DNA of 64,000 nt from positions 1-64,000 of the IMG/VR virus record IMGVR_UViG_3300008263_000022; one strand, given 5' to 3'. Source of the DNA: a virus. The notes beneath the pieces were generated by a model, which worked only from the letters and a program-made list of their open reading frames with translations, was not told the DNA's origin and did not search any database. This document shows positions 47,597 through 58,480 of this stretch, one piece after another (position 1 is the stretch's first letter; each line of letters begins with the position of its first letter). A program made the position numbers and the translations under genes.

Positions 47597-48291
47597 GGGT
47601 ATTCTCCATTATATTTTTCATTCATTACTTTGTTACCATTCTCAAAGAATTCTGCATTGACAGAACCTTTACCACCATCTACTCTATAACACGTTGTATA
47701 TTCTTTTGTACAATCAAATTTAGGAAAATGATGTGTTATTGCTTGTAGAAACACTCTATCTTGACCCCAACCACCGTGCCAAGCACTTGCAATTTTATTT
47801 GCTACTTCCGTTTTAATGAAATAACAATTAGTATCTATATGGTGCACTCCGTGATATGTTGGCCACTTACCTAATGATTCGCAATCATCAAAACAAACAA
47901 ATTTACCTTCTTTATTATATATTTGTCGTAGGGAGTAACACCAATCCAAACTTCTTGTGTTGATTGTTTTAATACATTGTTCAATATGAGACCGATACAA
48001 CCAATTATCTTGGTCGAGATATCCGACATATTCTGTATTGATTAGGTGTGTGAAGGCAGCATAGACACGGTGACCATAAAATCCATTGGCACCGACATTG
48101 ATTGGTAAAGAACAAATGTGAACTCGTATATCATCAACAGTTGAACCTAATGATTCTATTGTTTTGTCCATGTGTTGGTCGCCATCAATAATAACATAAC
48201 ATTCTGTAGGATGACTTTGATTTAGGACAGATTCAACGGCAGTTTTTACCTCTGGTGATCCAGTGGTTGGTATAATCACGGTAGCGGACAT
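47578..48291 (-). CDS. glycosyltransferase family 2
   Basis: VIIPT...VESVLNQ, YLDQDN (DxD), GQDR. Confidence 0.85.
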   Translation of the reverse strand: MSATVIIPTTGSPEVKTAVESVLNQSHPTECYVIIDGDQHMDKTIESLGSTVDDIRVHICSLPINVGANGFYGHRVYAAFTHLINTEYVGYLDQDNWLYRSHIEQCIKTINTRSLDWCYSLRQIYNKEGKFVCFDDCESLGKWPTYHGVHHIDTNCYFIKTEVANKIASAWHGGWGQDRVFLQAITHHFPKFDCTKEYTTCYRVDGGKGSVNAEFFENGNKVMNEKYNGEYPWRKKA

Positions 48292-48294
48292 AAT

Positions 48295-48573
48295 TTAATC
48301 TCTTGTTAGTTTAAGTATCTTCTCTATTTGTTTTTCTATAATAGGTTTACGATTTGGCCAATATATGTATTCTTTTTCTCCGGTCGAATGTAACTTGGTG
48401 AGAAAAGGAACAATCAATTTTTCTACTTCTTTTAGTCGAGCTTTATAATCTTCTGCGGTCTCGGCCGTTTTATTGATAACAGAATTGTATTCTTCTTCCG
48501 ATACGGCAGAAAAACCAAAATCATCTTCCATATCAAATTCTTGTGAGAGTTTATCAAAATCAATTAATGGCAT
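48295..48573 (-). CDS. conserved T4-like hypothetical protein
   Basis: DFGFSAV...EYIYWPNR. Confidence 0.7.
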   Translation of the reverse strand: MPLIDFDKLSQEFDMEDDFGFSAVSEEEYNSVINKTAETAEDYKARLKEVEKLIVPFLTKLHSTGEKEYIYWPNRKPIIEKQIEKILKLTRD

Positions 48574-48576
48574 ATT

Positions 48577-49836
48577 TTACTTTGCAATTATAAATGGTCC
48601 AGCATCTTCGGAACGAGATGATGTGTATTGGTATATAACACGCACAAATTTATCTGCGTTATCACCCCTATTAAACCAAGAGATTAACATAGGAATTAAT
48701 TTGTTTGTTACCTCAGCACTAAGTTCCGTTCTCGTTTCTTCGTACATCAACCTTATTGGATCTTTTTCTTTTTGTCCAGCAATTTGTTTCGGTTTTTTTC
48801 CACCAGAATATTTCTTAGTAAAATCTTTTAACTCTTTCTTAAATTTATCATTCGATGTTTTAAATTGTGATAACCATTTAGAGGCAAAGCTATTATCAAC
48901 GAGAGAAAGAGCATCAGCAAAAACATATTGTGATGATAAAGATCCGTGTCTAGCTTCAGAATTTTTATCCATATTGTTTGCTTTCCATCCACCACTCTCA
49001 TCGGTAACATGCAACATTTGAATATATTTTGTTTTATCTTGTGACATATACAGTTTCAAATCTCTGGCGTTTTTTCCACCAGGTTTTCTTGGTTGCCAAT
49101 CACTTAATCCATATGACTTCACTCTTTCTATTTCTTTTAATTCGTTTGGTCGGCTAAAATTAACCTTATAAATTTTTACTTCTTGAGTTTGTTTTTTTAA
49201 AGATAGTGGTAGTAAATTTCCAGTTGAAATCATTGAGGCTATAAATGTATTCAATGTTGAGAATGTTAAACCTTGCTTTTTCATTACCAAATTTTGTATA
49301 TCTTTTTTTGCTTTGGGTGAAGCAAAGTATATGTCGGCAGGAGACCATTTATTAATATCACCAAATAATAATTTTCTAGCCTGGCCACTCTCAACTAACA
49401 TTTGATTAATTTTCTTTTGATCATCATTGGCTTCTTTGAATAATTCTTGAATATTATCCATAACCTCTTTGTCACCACGCACATAAAAAACAGATGACCA
49501 TGAAGGTCTTTTTATTGTATTAAATTTATTTGATATGTCCTCTAAATCTTTTATGAGTTTCTTTGCAATCTTTAAAGAAGAAATATACCAACTATCATCT
49601 TTCATTAAAAAATCTTCAATTTCTTTTAAATTAGTTGTTCCAGAATCAACGTGTGTTTTAAACGCAACGCCAATTTTTGCTGTTGGATAATTTTCATCCC
49701 AAAATCTTTTAAATACTTTATATGTTGGATAAAGCTTTTCATCAAATATCTTTTCAACTTTGGCGGCTCCCACGAAATCGGCCATGGCACAAAACAATGC
49801 TTGTGCGGATTCTGCTTTTGAGGTATCGTCAGCCAT
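48577..49836 (-). CDS. PD-(D/E)XK-like nuclease-fold protein
   Basis: AESAQAL, NKWSPADIY...LPLSLKK; late promoter upstream. Confidence 0.55.
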   Translation of the reverse strand: MADDTSKAESAQALFCAMADFVGAAKVEKIFDEKLYPTYKVFKRFWDENYPTAKIGVAFKTHVDSGTTNLKEIEDFLMKDDSWYISSLKIAKKLIKDLEDISNKFNTIKRPSWSSVFYVRGDKEVMDNIQELFKEANDDQKKINQMLVESGQARKLLFGDINKWSPADIYFASPKAKKDIQNLVMKKQGLTFSTLNTFIASMISTGNLLPLSLKKQTQEVKIYKVNFSRPNELKEIERVKSYGLSDWQPRKPGGKNARDLKLYMSQDKTKYIQMLHVTDESGGWKANNMDKNSEARHGSLSSQYVFADALSLVDNSFASKWLSQFKTSNDKFKKELKDFTKKYSGGKKPKQIAGQKEKDPIRLMYEETRTELSAEVTNKLIPMLISWFNRGDNADKFVRVIYQYTSSRSEDAGPFIIAK

Positions 49837-49838
49837 TT

Positions 49839-50948
49839 TTACCTAATAATTTGAATATCTTTACCTGAAGTCCATACCTCAAGTTCGGTTCTTAATCTAC
49901 CCTCAGATTTAAGGGTTTCGTATCTATTTATAGCTTTACTCCGCCACCATTCGATAACATTATTCAATTCATGTTTATGATAGTTTTCACCAGGTAAAAG
50001 TTTATCGGTTTTTAGGTTAACATAATCAACCATATTTTTAAAACCATAATCACCAACATAATATCTTTTCTTTTCTGTCAACGATTTAGCCTTCTCAATC
50101 GTTAAAGAGAATGCCTCTGCTTCAGGTGATCCCTTTAAAGCAGCTTTAGTGAGAGCAATAATCTTTGTGAATGTTCTCAACTTTCTACTGGTGGTACTTT
50201 CATCACCACCCAAAATATCTCCGACTTTACTTTCAACATATTGTTTTAAATCATTATATGATTGACCGTGCATCATTGGTACTATATCGGATTCGGTAAG
50301 ACCTTTGTATCGAATATATGGTTTCATACCATCATATTGTGATACCTGTTTTGTCGAACCATATAAACTGGTTGTTTCGAACAAACAAAGATTCATACCA
50401 TATTTTTTATTACAGATTTCTCTTACTGTATGACTGGTACAAATGCCAGCCATTAGTTTACCACCTAGGTAATTAAAACCAAATGGCTGAGATGGTACAA
50501 TTACGAATCCCATCATAGCAGAGGCATTGAATCGCTTGGATGTTTCTGTGGTTTGCGAGAACACTTGTCCAAGCATCTCATTGCGTGGTCGCATATAGAT
50601 TACAGGTGAACCTAACCGAATGAAACCTAGAATCTTTCCTGAGTTCTTTTCTCTGACTGCCAATTGTACATTTCTGCCAACTGGTGCTTTATTGATATGT
50701 GATGATGTAATGGAAAGTAATGTTTCCCATGTTTGACCTGGTATTTCTACCACTTCAATATCCATATCATTGGGGTGCATTGAAAAATCTGAAAACAAAT
50801 CATCTTCAGGTGGAAATATTGATGTTGGTATTTGATCGAGAGATTTTATTTTTTCCTCTCGCATGTATTGTTCTATGTCATTATAATTATTAAAATAATC
50901 ATGAAAGACCTTAGCACAATACAAACCATTTTCTCTGGAGATTATCAT
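49839..50948 (-). CDS. DUF4338 (DruA-like) family protein
   Basis: PVGR, GFIRLGSP, VPSQPFGFNYLGGKL, ETTSLYG, SQYDG. Confidence 0.7.
   Translation of the reverse strand: MIISRENGLYCAKVFHDYFNNYNDIEQYMREEKIKSLDQIPTSIFPPEDDLFSDFSMHPNDMDIEVVEIPGQTWETLLSITSSHINKAPVGRNVQLAVREKNSGKILGFIRLGSPVIYMRPRNEMLGQVFSQTTETSKRFNASAMMGFVIVPSQPFGFNYLGGKLMAGICTSHTVREICNKKYGMNLCLFETTSLYGSTKQVSQYDGMKPYIRYKGLTESDIVPMMHGQSYNDLKQYVESKVGDILGGDESTTSRKLRTFTKIIALTKAALKGSPEAEAFSLTIEKAKSLTEKKRYYVGDYGFKNMVDYVNLKTDKLLPGENYHKHELNNVIEWWRSKAINRYETLKSEGRLRTELEVWTSGKDIQIIR
49925..49932 (-). promoter_or_regulatory. T4-type late promoter
   Basis: TATAAATA about 90 bp upstream of the 48577..49836 gene. Confidence 0.6.
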
Positions 50949-52276
50949 ACTTTAAAACCACTAAATGATTTCTTTTGTTTTTCTTCTCTTGTACCAAATG
51001 TGTTCAAAGGCTTATCGTGGCCAGCATCTGCGATACCCATTTGTGCGGCCTGTTCAACATCATATAGTTTCATTTTGGATCTATCAACACCAAGAGTAAA
51101 TCGTTTGTGGAATGTTGGATCATTATATCTATTCTTTAATTGTTTGACCATGATTTGGCCAAGTTCTTCTAGTTCTTCAGAAGAAATCAAAGCAAACATT
51201 AAATCTGCGGTGGCGGGAAGTCCGAACGATTCACTCGTATCCTCAAGACCCGGATCACTGGAAGTAAATCCTGAGCGGGTAGTTTGTGTAGCAGATACAA
51301 TAGGAACATTATACTCAACAGCAAGGCCACGTAATTCTTCTGCAATTGCTTTAACGTAGGTGTAGGAATTAATATTCGCACCAGCCTTAATGCGAGCAGA
51401 ACAACAAATATTGAGATAGTCAACGAATATAATGTCAGGTACAAAAGACCTCTTGAGATTGAGTTCATTTAATAGTGTCCTAAAATGAATAGTTGATGCC
51501 GAAGCAGTTGGATATTCTTTGATAATTAATTTGCCTGTGGTCTTTTCACGGACACGATTAACTTTTTTATCATACATATCTTTTGGTAACTCAATCAAAT
51601 CATCAATGGTAACATTCAATAGATTGGCATCAATTCGTTCTGCAATCTTTTCTTCACTCATTTCCAAAGTGATGTAAAGAACATTTTTACCCTGAACCAT
51701 GCACGAAGCAGCCACATGACACATAAAAAGAGATTTACCAACACCAGTCCCCGCCAAAGCAATGTTAAGCGTCTTAGCTGGTAAACCACCTTTTGTGATC
51801 TTGTTAAAGTAGTCGAGGTCGAATGGGATTCGTTCCTCTTTTCTATGATAGAATTCATATCGAGCATCTGAGTCCTGTAAGTAGTCATGGCCAACGGAGT
51901 TATCAAAGCTTACTGCTAAAGCGTCCGATAATATCTTGGGAATCTGACCTTTGTCGTGATTTTTATCTTTGCCATCGAGAATTGAAATAGACCCCAATAC
52001 TGCGTTGTATATGGCCTTCTCTTGGCAGAACTTTTCGGTCTTGTCAACAAGCCATTGAACTTCGGTTTCTGCCGATTTATTCTTTTCAATTTCTGATAGA
52101 TACTCCTCACATCTCTGAACTTCATCAGATGAAAGATTCCTCTTTTCTTTGATGGCAATACTAAGTGCTTCAATCGTTGCCGTGTTATTGTAAGTTTCCG
52201 TGAATGATGTAATTTCATTAAATAATGTTCTTTCTACACTATCACTAAAATATTCTAGCTTTAAAAATAGCTTCAT
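50945..52276 (-). CDS. gp41: replicative DNA helicase (T4 gp41-like), apparently missing about 20 N-terminal aa
   Basis: AGTGVGKS, ITLEM, KEYPT, VDYLNI, ATQTTR, SESFGLPATAD, KQLKNRY. Confidence 0.95.
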   Translation of the reverse strand: MKLFLKLEYFSDSVERTLFNEITSFTETYNNTATIEALSIAIKEKRNLSSDEVQRCEEYLSEIEKNKSAETEVQWLVDKTEKFCQEKAIYNAVLGSISILDGKDKNHDKGQIPKILSDALAVSFDNSVGHDYLQDSDARYEFYHRKEERIPFDLDYFNKITKGGLPAKTLNIALAGTGVGKSLFMCHVAASCMVQGKNVLYITLEMSEEKIAERIDANLLNVTIDDLIELPKDMYDKKVNRVREKTTGKLIIKEYPTASASTIHFRTLLNELNLKRSFVPDIIFVDYLNICCSARIKAGANINSYTYVKAIAEELRGLAVEYNVPIVSATQTTRSGFTSSDPGLEDTSESFGLPATADLMFALISSEELEELGQIMVKQLKNRYNDPTFHKRFTLGVDRSKMKLYDVEQAAQMGIADAGHDKPLNTFGTREEKQKKSFSGFKV

Positions 52277-52556
52277 CAATTATTTCCTGTTCAATATTAC
52301 TGCCCATAATTTCCACAAGTAAGTCGCCAATATAATTTTTAAACTTCTCGTCTTTTTCCAATTTTCGTGGTTTATCTACTGTAGATTCTAACACATCATA
52401 AGCAAAAAGTAAATACACTTGATCATTTTCTTCTTTAAACTTTACCTTACCATATTTAAATACGGTGTCTTTATAGAATCCTTCCAAAAATTTAATGTGT
52501 ACCGCAGTGCCATCATTTTTTGGATAAATGAAACAATAATCAATACCCTCAGTCAT
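52245..52556 (-). CDS. hypothetical protein at the gp40 position
   Basis: Lies between uvsX and gp41; FKYGKVKF motif. Confidence 0.6.
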   Translation of the reverse strand: MTEGIDYCFIYPKNDGTAVHIKFLEGFYKDTVFKYGKVKFKEENDQVYLLFAYDVLESTVDKPRKLEKDEKFKNYIGDLLVEIMGSNIEQEIIDEAIFKARIF

Positions 52557-52800
52557 CTTTCACCTCAAATCTCTTTTCTTGTATGGTTTTTTCTTTCCAT
52601 ATTTTTCTAGGATTACCACACATTGTACATTCAGGATTGCCACAGTCCATTGCATGGTGTTTGGCAAATTTGTGTGGTTCATCTACCGGCACGCCATGCG
52701 ATTTAGCAATCTTAGTTTGTTTTTTAATTTGATTTTGAGTTTTTTGAATACGCTTAGAATGTTTTAATTTAGCATCTTCATTACTCATTTTCGGTTCCAT
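52549..52800 (-). CDS. small Cys-motif protein
   Basis: CGNPECTMCGNPRK. Confidence 0.65.
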   Translation of the reverse strand: MEPKMSNEDAKLKHSKRIQKTQNQIKKQTKIAKSHGVPVDEPHKFAKHHAMDCGNPECTMCGNPRKIWKEKTIQEKRFEVKDD

Positions 52801-53860
52801 TCATGGTAACAACTTCATCAAATAAATTATCAATACCGCCTTGCATAATTTCACCAGCTGCAATTTGATATTTTTCTTTTACATAAGTTTGAAACTTTTT
52901 ACTTTTTAAAACTGGCATCCAAAAATCGGATGTGTCGGTTTCTTTGATACGGTATTTTTTATCCTGAATAACACCATCATCATCTACTTTCGAGTACCAT
53001 CCATTAGAAGGCTTAATAACAAATCCACCATCGAGTGCAATATCAAGTAGCCCACTCCAACGGCTAACGCCACCGTCAAAAGATACAGAAACGGGAATTT
53101 TTGATTTTTCTTTGACATATCGTGACTTCTCTACATTGATAATGAAATTATAACCAACAACTTCTGTGCCTTCTTTTTCTTGTTGACGACCAATAATAAA
53201 AATGTTATCAGCTGAATAATATGAACCTGTTCCACCACCAACAATATCTTTAGGAAACATACCAATTTCTTTATATGTGTGATTCACCACAATCATTGGG
53301 ACATCTTTCATTGTGAGATGTGGTGTTACCATGCGAAATAAACTTTTAACTTGTTTGGCACGGGACATATCAGCAACCGATTTGCCTTCTAGAGCATCTT
53401 CAACTTCTTTCTTTGAAGCTAAATTACCAATCGAATCAATAACAATAATTAACCTATCACTCCTTTCGAGATTGGTTAACTGTTGCATGATATCAAACTT
53501 TAATTGTTCAATATCAGTAAGAGGTGTATGTAAAACTCTGTTGGTATCAATACCAAAGCTGTCAAAATAAGACTGAGGAGTACCAAACTCAGAATCGTAA
53601 AATAATAACGCTGCATCTTCATATTTGTCCAAATAACTTTTTGCCATTAATAAACTAAAGGCAGTTTTAAAATGTTTAGATGGGCCAGCCCACATTGTAA
53701 GACCTGGTGTTAGGCCTCCATCTAAACGACCAGAAAGTGCCACATTAATAATTGGCACCGATGTGGGTATCATATCTTTCTGTGTAAAGAATTTTGATTT
53801 AGAAAGAATTGCTGATTCTTTAATACTACTGTTTTTTTTAATCTTGTCAAGTATGCTCAT
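52781..53860 (-). CDS. uvsX: RecA-like recombinase
   Basis: AGPSKHFKT, YDSEFG, DSIGNLAS, VNHTY, KSRYVKE. Confidence 0.95.
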   Translation of the reverse strand: MSILDKIKKNSSIKESAILSKSKFFTQKDMIPTSVPIINVALSGRLDGGLTPGLTMWAGPSKHFKTAFSLLMAKSYLDKYEDAALLFYDSEFGTPQSYFDSFGIDTNRVLHTPLTDIEQLKFDIMQQLTNLERSDRLIIVIDSIGNLASKKEVEDALEGKSVADMSRAKQVKSLFRMVTPHLTMKDVPMIVVNHTYKEIGMFPKDIVGGGTGSYYSADNIFIIGRQQEKEGTEVVGYNFIINVEKSRYVKEKSKIPVSVSFDGGVSRWSGLLDIALDGGFVIKPSNGWYSKVDDDGVIQDKKYRIKETDTSDFWMPVLKSKKFQTYVKEKYQIAAGEIMQGGIDNLFDEVVTMNGTENE

Positions 53861-53871
53861 AATTTTCCTTT

Positions 53872-54870
53872 TTAAAAATCACCACCATCTAATTTTGTTG
53901 TCGTGTTCGCTTTTTCTCTGAAAGCAAATTCATCTTCATAATCATACTTAGGTTCTAATTTCTTTGGTTGTTCTGCTGTCGGTGTAACATTGTGGTGTTC
54001 TTCATAAACTCCGGGTACAACATGAACTGTTAACGGAGGAATTGTTTCACCGGTCACTTCATCTATTATAATTGGTTGTTCTTCTATTTTAGTGATGTTT
54101 TCTTTTGGTATTTCAATTTTATCATTTGCAACTTCTACATTTTGTGTTGGTATATTTGGTACTATTTTAATAATTTCATTTTCTTTATTGACAACCACTT
54201 TACTTCTTTGTTGTAATGACATATTTGCTGCTATCAATAATAACACAGCTAAAGGGTCAAATACAACCATTATCAGCAATATTACCAAACGAACTGCTTT
54301 ATCAATACCATTGGCATCTTCGGTGCCATATACCATGTCACCAATATACTTAATGGGACCAACTTCGGCAATTAATTTATTTTCTTCTTTAAGAAGTGGT
54401 AATTTTCTTTTGTTGATATCTGCCAGTTCTTTTTGTGTTTGTTGAATTTGCCTATCAACATTGGCTGAAGCTGTTTCTGGATTACCAGCACGCTTCAGTA
54501 AATAATCTAAACGCTCTTTAGCAATTTTCTCTTGTTGATTGAGTGTCCGAATTTCAACAGAATTCACACCGGCTTCCATTGTGGAATCTATGTGAGCTTT
54601 AGACAAAAATCCAAAAATACCCATGCTTGTGATTATCATTAATATGACAACAGAGGATGTCAAATAAGATTTTAATAAAAGTGGGCAGGTTTTCCAATTA
54701 CGATATAACCATGATGCAGTAACTAATTTACTCATTTCAAGAACCGAGCCCATGAAAACGATTGGCCAAAATGCGCCTGTGAAGATTGCAGCTAAACCAA
54801 TAATAGAATAGTAAGCTGCAATACCTGATAGTAGTAGTGCCGATAATAATGTCAGTATGATTAGTATCAT
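53872..54870 (-). CDS. multi-TM coiled-coil membrane protein (conserved in T4-like phages)
   Basis: AAYYSIIGL...ITSMGIFGFLSKAH...EVGPIKY...FDPLAV. Confidence 0.75.
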   Translation of the reverse strand: MILIILTLLSALLLSGIAAYYSIIGLAAIFTGAFWPIVFMGSVLEMSKLVTASWLYRNWKTCPLLLKSYLTSSVVILMIITSMGIFGFLSKAHIDSTMEAGVNSVEIRTLNQQEKIAKERLDYLLKRAGNPETASANVDRQIQQTQKELADINKRKLPLLKEENKLIAEVGPIKYIGDMVYGTEDANGIDKAVRLVILLIMVVFDPLAVLLLIAANMSLQQRSKVVVNKENEIIKIVPNIPTQNVEVANDKIEIPKENITKIEEQPIIIDEVTGETIPPLTVHVVPGVYEEHHNVTPTAEQPKKLEPKYDYEDEFAFREKANTTTKLDGGDF

Positions 54871-57304
54871 GAGAAGAAATCCTCTATCGAACTTGTTTTT
54901 TCTGTTTTCCAACCCATACAATCCAAAATTACTCTGATCGGATCTAAAAATGCTTTGTCGTATTGCATATCATAATCAATATACTCTTGTAATTCAAACT
55001 CTTTTGGTAGGCGAGATGGATATGAAATGACAGTATCTTTAAATGGGTTTGGCATTTTTAGGTAAGTAAACTTAACTTTTTCGCCTTCTTGTATGAGTGG
55101 ATATTTTTTGGTTAGATTCTTTTGTTTTAGATTATGATTATAAAGAATAGCACCTTTAACATGAATTGGTGTTCCTTTTTTATATAAAGTTAAATCATCA
55201 GAATAAGTATTTAGACCATTAAGTCCACGAGGAAAAGATATTTCTTCTACGGGTAAAGTTTTAAATTCTTTTCTAAAATCCTCAATGAATTTGTGGATGT
55301 CATTCTCTGTGCCACTCACCATTAGTTGAATTGCTTGTTTCATTTTCTCACGAATGGCAGATGGCGTAGATGACTTAATCATTTCAAGACCCATAACTTT
55401 CATCTGTGGTTCTTTATATTGAACACCCTCATTATTGTATATGTTAAGGATGTATCGTTTTTTGGCTGTCCAGATACCTTTGTTGGATAGGCCTTCTCGT
55501 TTCATTTCCATTTTTTGCTGATACGCATGAACATATTCAGCCAGTTCTTGATATGACTTATCAATATATGGTTGAATCTTTTCCTCACAGATTTTATCCA
55601 TGAGTGTTATAACTTTTTGTTTATCCGTGGTATCTTTAACAAATTTATTAACGAGTTCACCCATGCGGAGGTAAATCGAATCGGTATCAGAAGCAATAAC
55701 ATAATCGACATCTTTTGTGTCAAGTATCTTATTCATCCACTCATTAATTTTATTTTCAATCCAACGAATACTCAACTGACCAGCAGTAGTAACACCAAGG
55801 GCCATACGTAAATCATAAAAACGGAAATACTGAGAACCCAAAGCACCGTAAGCGGAGTTTAGAGAGACCTTTTTGGCCAACTGAATGTTATTGTATTTGG
55901 CAATTCGTTTTTCAATTTCATAGAGTTTGCTTGGGTCTTTTTCATTTTCATATTCCTGTTTTGCAGCCAACATCATCTTTTTAAATTTACTCCTATCTGT
56001 ATACATTTCTTCCATCATCTTAGGTAAGAACCCCTGAATATCAGTACGGAAGAATTGGCCATTAGGTGTTAATGTTGCATTTTCTAATTTTGTTGTATCG
56101 ATTCGTTTTTTCAAAAGCCTATCAACAGAAACGCCTTGTTCTAATACACCACGCATTTCATTTGTATAGTTTTCTGGTTCAATCAATGTTTCTGGTGAAA
56201 TATTATATTGCATCATCAAATGTGGATACAAAGAGTTCAAATCAAACGAAGCAACCCAATCATGTAGACCAACTTGTGGCACTTTAACATAGGCGCCTTC
56301 AAACGCTGCATCTTTATCTTTAATCACTCGTGGTGGAACAATGATATCTTTATCACGCAGATAAGAGTATGTCAGAGCGTCCCACATACGAGTTTGTGCA
56401 AACACATCTTCAAAGTTTGATTTGGTGTCGTATGCAAGAGTTACTGCCAACTCAAGCAGTTTTAATTTATCTTCAAGTTTGATAATGAGTTCAACGTCTT
56501 TAATGTTATACTCAATAAATTTTTGATAGTTCAATCGATACAGAGTGTGAAGATTATCATATTCCTCATAGGCAATCTTACCTTCACCAAGTTCTACTTG
56601 TGCAATATTATCCAAACGATAAGACTCTTGTGACTTGCCGCCAGGTGCGTACCATTTGTATAGTTCGATATAATCAAGTGAAGAAACACCAACAAGAGTA
56701 TAATCAATCAATTGCCGATTGTTTACATATGCTTTGCGTTCTGTGATGTAATTCCATGGTGATAGTTTCTTGGCTTCATCATCACCTAGAATTTTACGAA
56801 AACGATTAATGAGATATGGTATATCAAAGAATTTTGTATTCCAGCCAGTAATGATGTCTGGATATTTGTCTTTCCAAAACTCAAGAAATTTTTTACAGAG
56901 ATTATATTCATCTTTGCATCGAATATAAATTTCACCTTCTTCAACTTGGTATTCACCACAACCAAATACAATTGGTTTGCCATTGAGAAATTTTAAACAG
57001 ATTGCTCCATACCTTGATGTTGGTCAGCAATGAAAGCATATTCAAATCGAGTTTGACCATAAATTTTTGGTGCACCAGAAACACCTTCAAATTGTTTGAT
57101 GTATTCTCTGGCGGCTTTGATTGATACTAGTTTTTTTTCTTCAAGATAATCACCTTCCAAATTTGTGAAGTTGGTGATTCGTTTAGATGGGAAAAACAAA
57201 GACGGAGCATATTCAACTCTTGTCTTTATTTTTTTACCGTTTTGAATGCCACGATAGAGTATAGTACCACCGATACTCTGAACATTAGTATAGAATGAAC
57301 TCAT
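54867..57304 (-). CDS. gp43: family B DNA polymerase (T4 gp43-like), frame broken near 57006
   Basis: SFDLNSLYP, KVSLNSAYG, ASDTDS, AKKRY. The N-terminal ORF 56993..57304 joins out of frame, and the ExoI DIE segment is absent. Confidence 0.92.
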
Positions 57305-57615
57305 TAACCTGTAATTAGTGTTTTGGTTGAAGGTACCACAAGGCCAGAACCAAAAATTGAATTATAATTATTGATAAAGTCTTGTGCCGGAACATAGGAG
57401 TATACTATATTCTTCTTGTTCAAGGCAACCGTGGCACCAGTCTTTTGTTCGGCATGAATGGGAAATGGTGCAAATCCAACATTAGGTTGGCCATCTTTAC
57501 CACGAACAATGGCGATACCAACTGGATTTTCAATAACAAATTCTGTTTCTGATTCTGATTCAATTTCACCAAGAATTTCTTCTCCGGTAACAAGTTTTAG
57601 TGCTAATATTTTCAT
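57304..57615 (-). CDS. conserved T4-like small beta-barrel protein upstream of gp43
   Basis: LKLVTGEEILG...YNSIFGSGLVVP. Confidence 0.75.
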   Translation of the reverse strand: MKILALKLVTGEEILGEIESESETEFVIENPVGIAIVRGKDGQPNVGFAPFPIHAEQKTGATVALNKKNIVYSYVPAQDFINNYNSIFGSGLVVPSTKTLITG

Positions 57616-57739
57616 TTAGTATCTCCGAAGCATAAATAAGTATGTAGTTGAATTGAAATTATATCTGATTTATCACTCCATGTCAACCTGACATTCGGTA
57701 TTCTTTATTATCTCCACCAATACAACCAAAAGAAATCAA

Positions 57740-58183
57740 ATGTCTGACCCTATTGTTGCCGGCGCTCAGAGTGCCGTTAATACACTCAAAGCTGCTCAAG
57801 GAGCTAGTAAACAATTAAGCTCTGTAATTATCGATCAACAAGCGGATATGGAAAAAGCTGTTCAACAACAGCATGTTCAAAGATTGAAGGCCAAAGCTGA
57901 ACAAGAATATTTGGCCACATTGGCTGAGTTTAGAGCCTACGAAAAATATCAAAAAGAAAAAGCTCACCAATTAAAAATTGATCAGTTGAAACTGGAAGCC
58001 ATTAAAAAATATGGTAAAAATGCTTGGGCTGAAATTGAAGCAACCAAAGCAAAAATGGAAAAAGATAGAGCTGATGAATTAAAATACATGGACAAAGACA
58101 GACAAAAACAAGCTCAAGTTTTTTGGTGGTGCCTAACAGCGGCTGCTTTAGTAACATATTTTTTTAGACTATATAAGTTATAA
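57740..58183 (+). CDS. coiled-coil protein with C-terminal TM helix
   Basis: 147-aa ORF not overlapped by any minus-strand gene; late-like CATAAATA at about 57631. Confidence 0.7.
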   Translation: MSDPIVAGAQSAVNTLKAAQGASKQLSSVIIDQQADMEKAVQQQHVQRLKAKAEQEYLATLAEFRAYEKYQKEKAHQLKIDQLKLEAIKKYGKNAWAEIEATKAKMEKDRADELKYMDKDRQKQAQVFWWCLTAAALVTYFFRLYKL

Positions 58184-58480
58184 ATGAATATGCAACCAAT
58201 AGTTTTTGTACTTGTTCTCATATTCTGTTTATGTTTAATGGTAATTGAATCGGGAGTGGTTAAATAGTTAAATAACAAATTGAGATGGAGGTATTATGAA
58301 TAAATTACCGCAACTAATATTTGCGATTGTATTGATTGGTAGTTTGACTCTTATGGCACTAGAAGCTATATCTAAAATGTCCTAAATAAGTAATGTCAAT
58401 AATAATTCATCCAATAGATTTTTGGGTATATCTTATGCTCAATTATTGGTTTCTTCCACACACACTTCTAAAACACACAA

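Noticed and set aside
248-56287. Numerous plus-strand ORFs antisense to clear genes (e.g. 3766, 5999, 48473, 50832, 54092)
   Set aside because: Shadow frames of well-supported minus-strand genes, with no motifs.
56993-57304. Naturally split polymerase, intron or programmed frameshift in gp43
   Set aside because: Conserved sequence (ExoI) is missing rather than inserted, and I see no slippery site.
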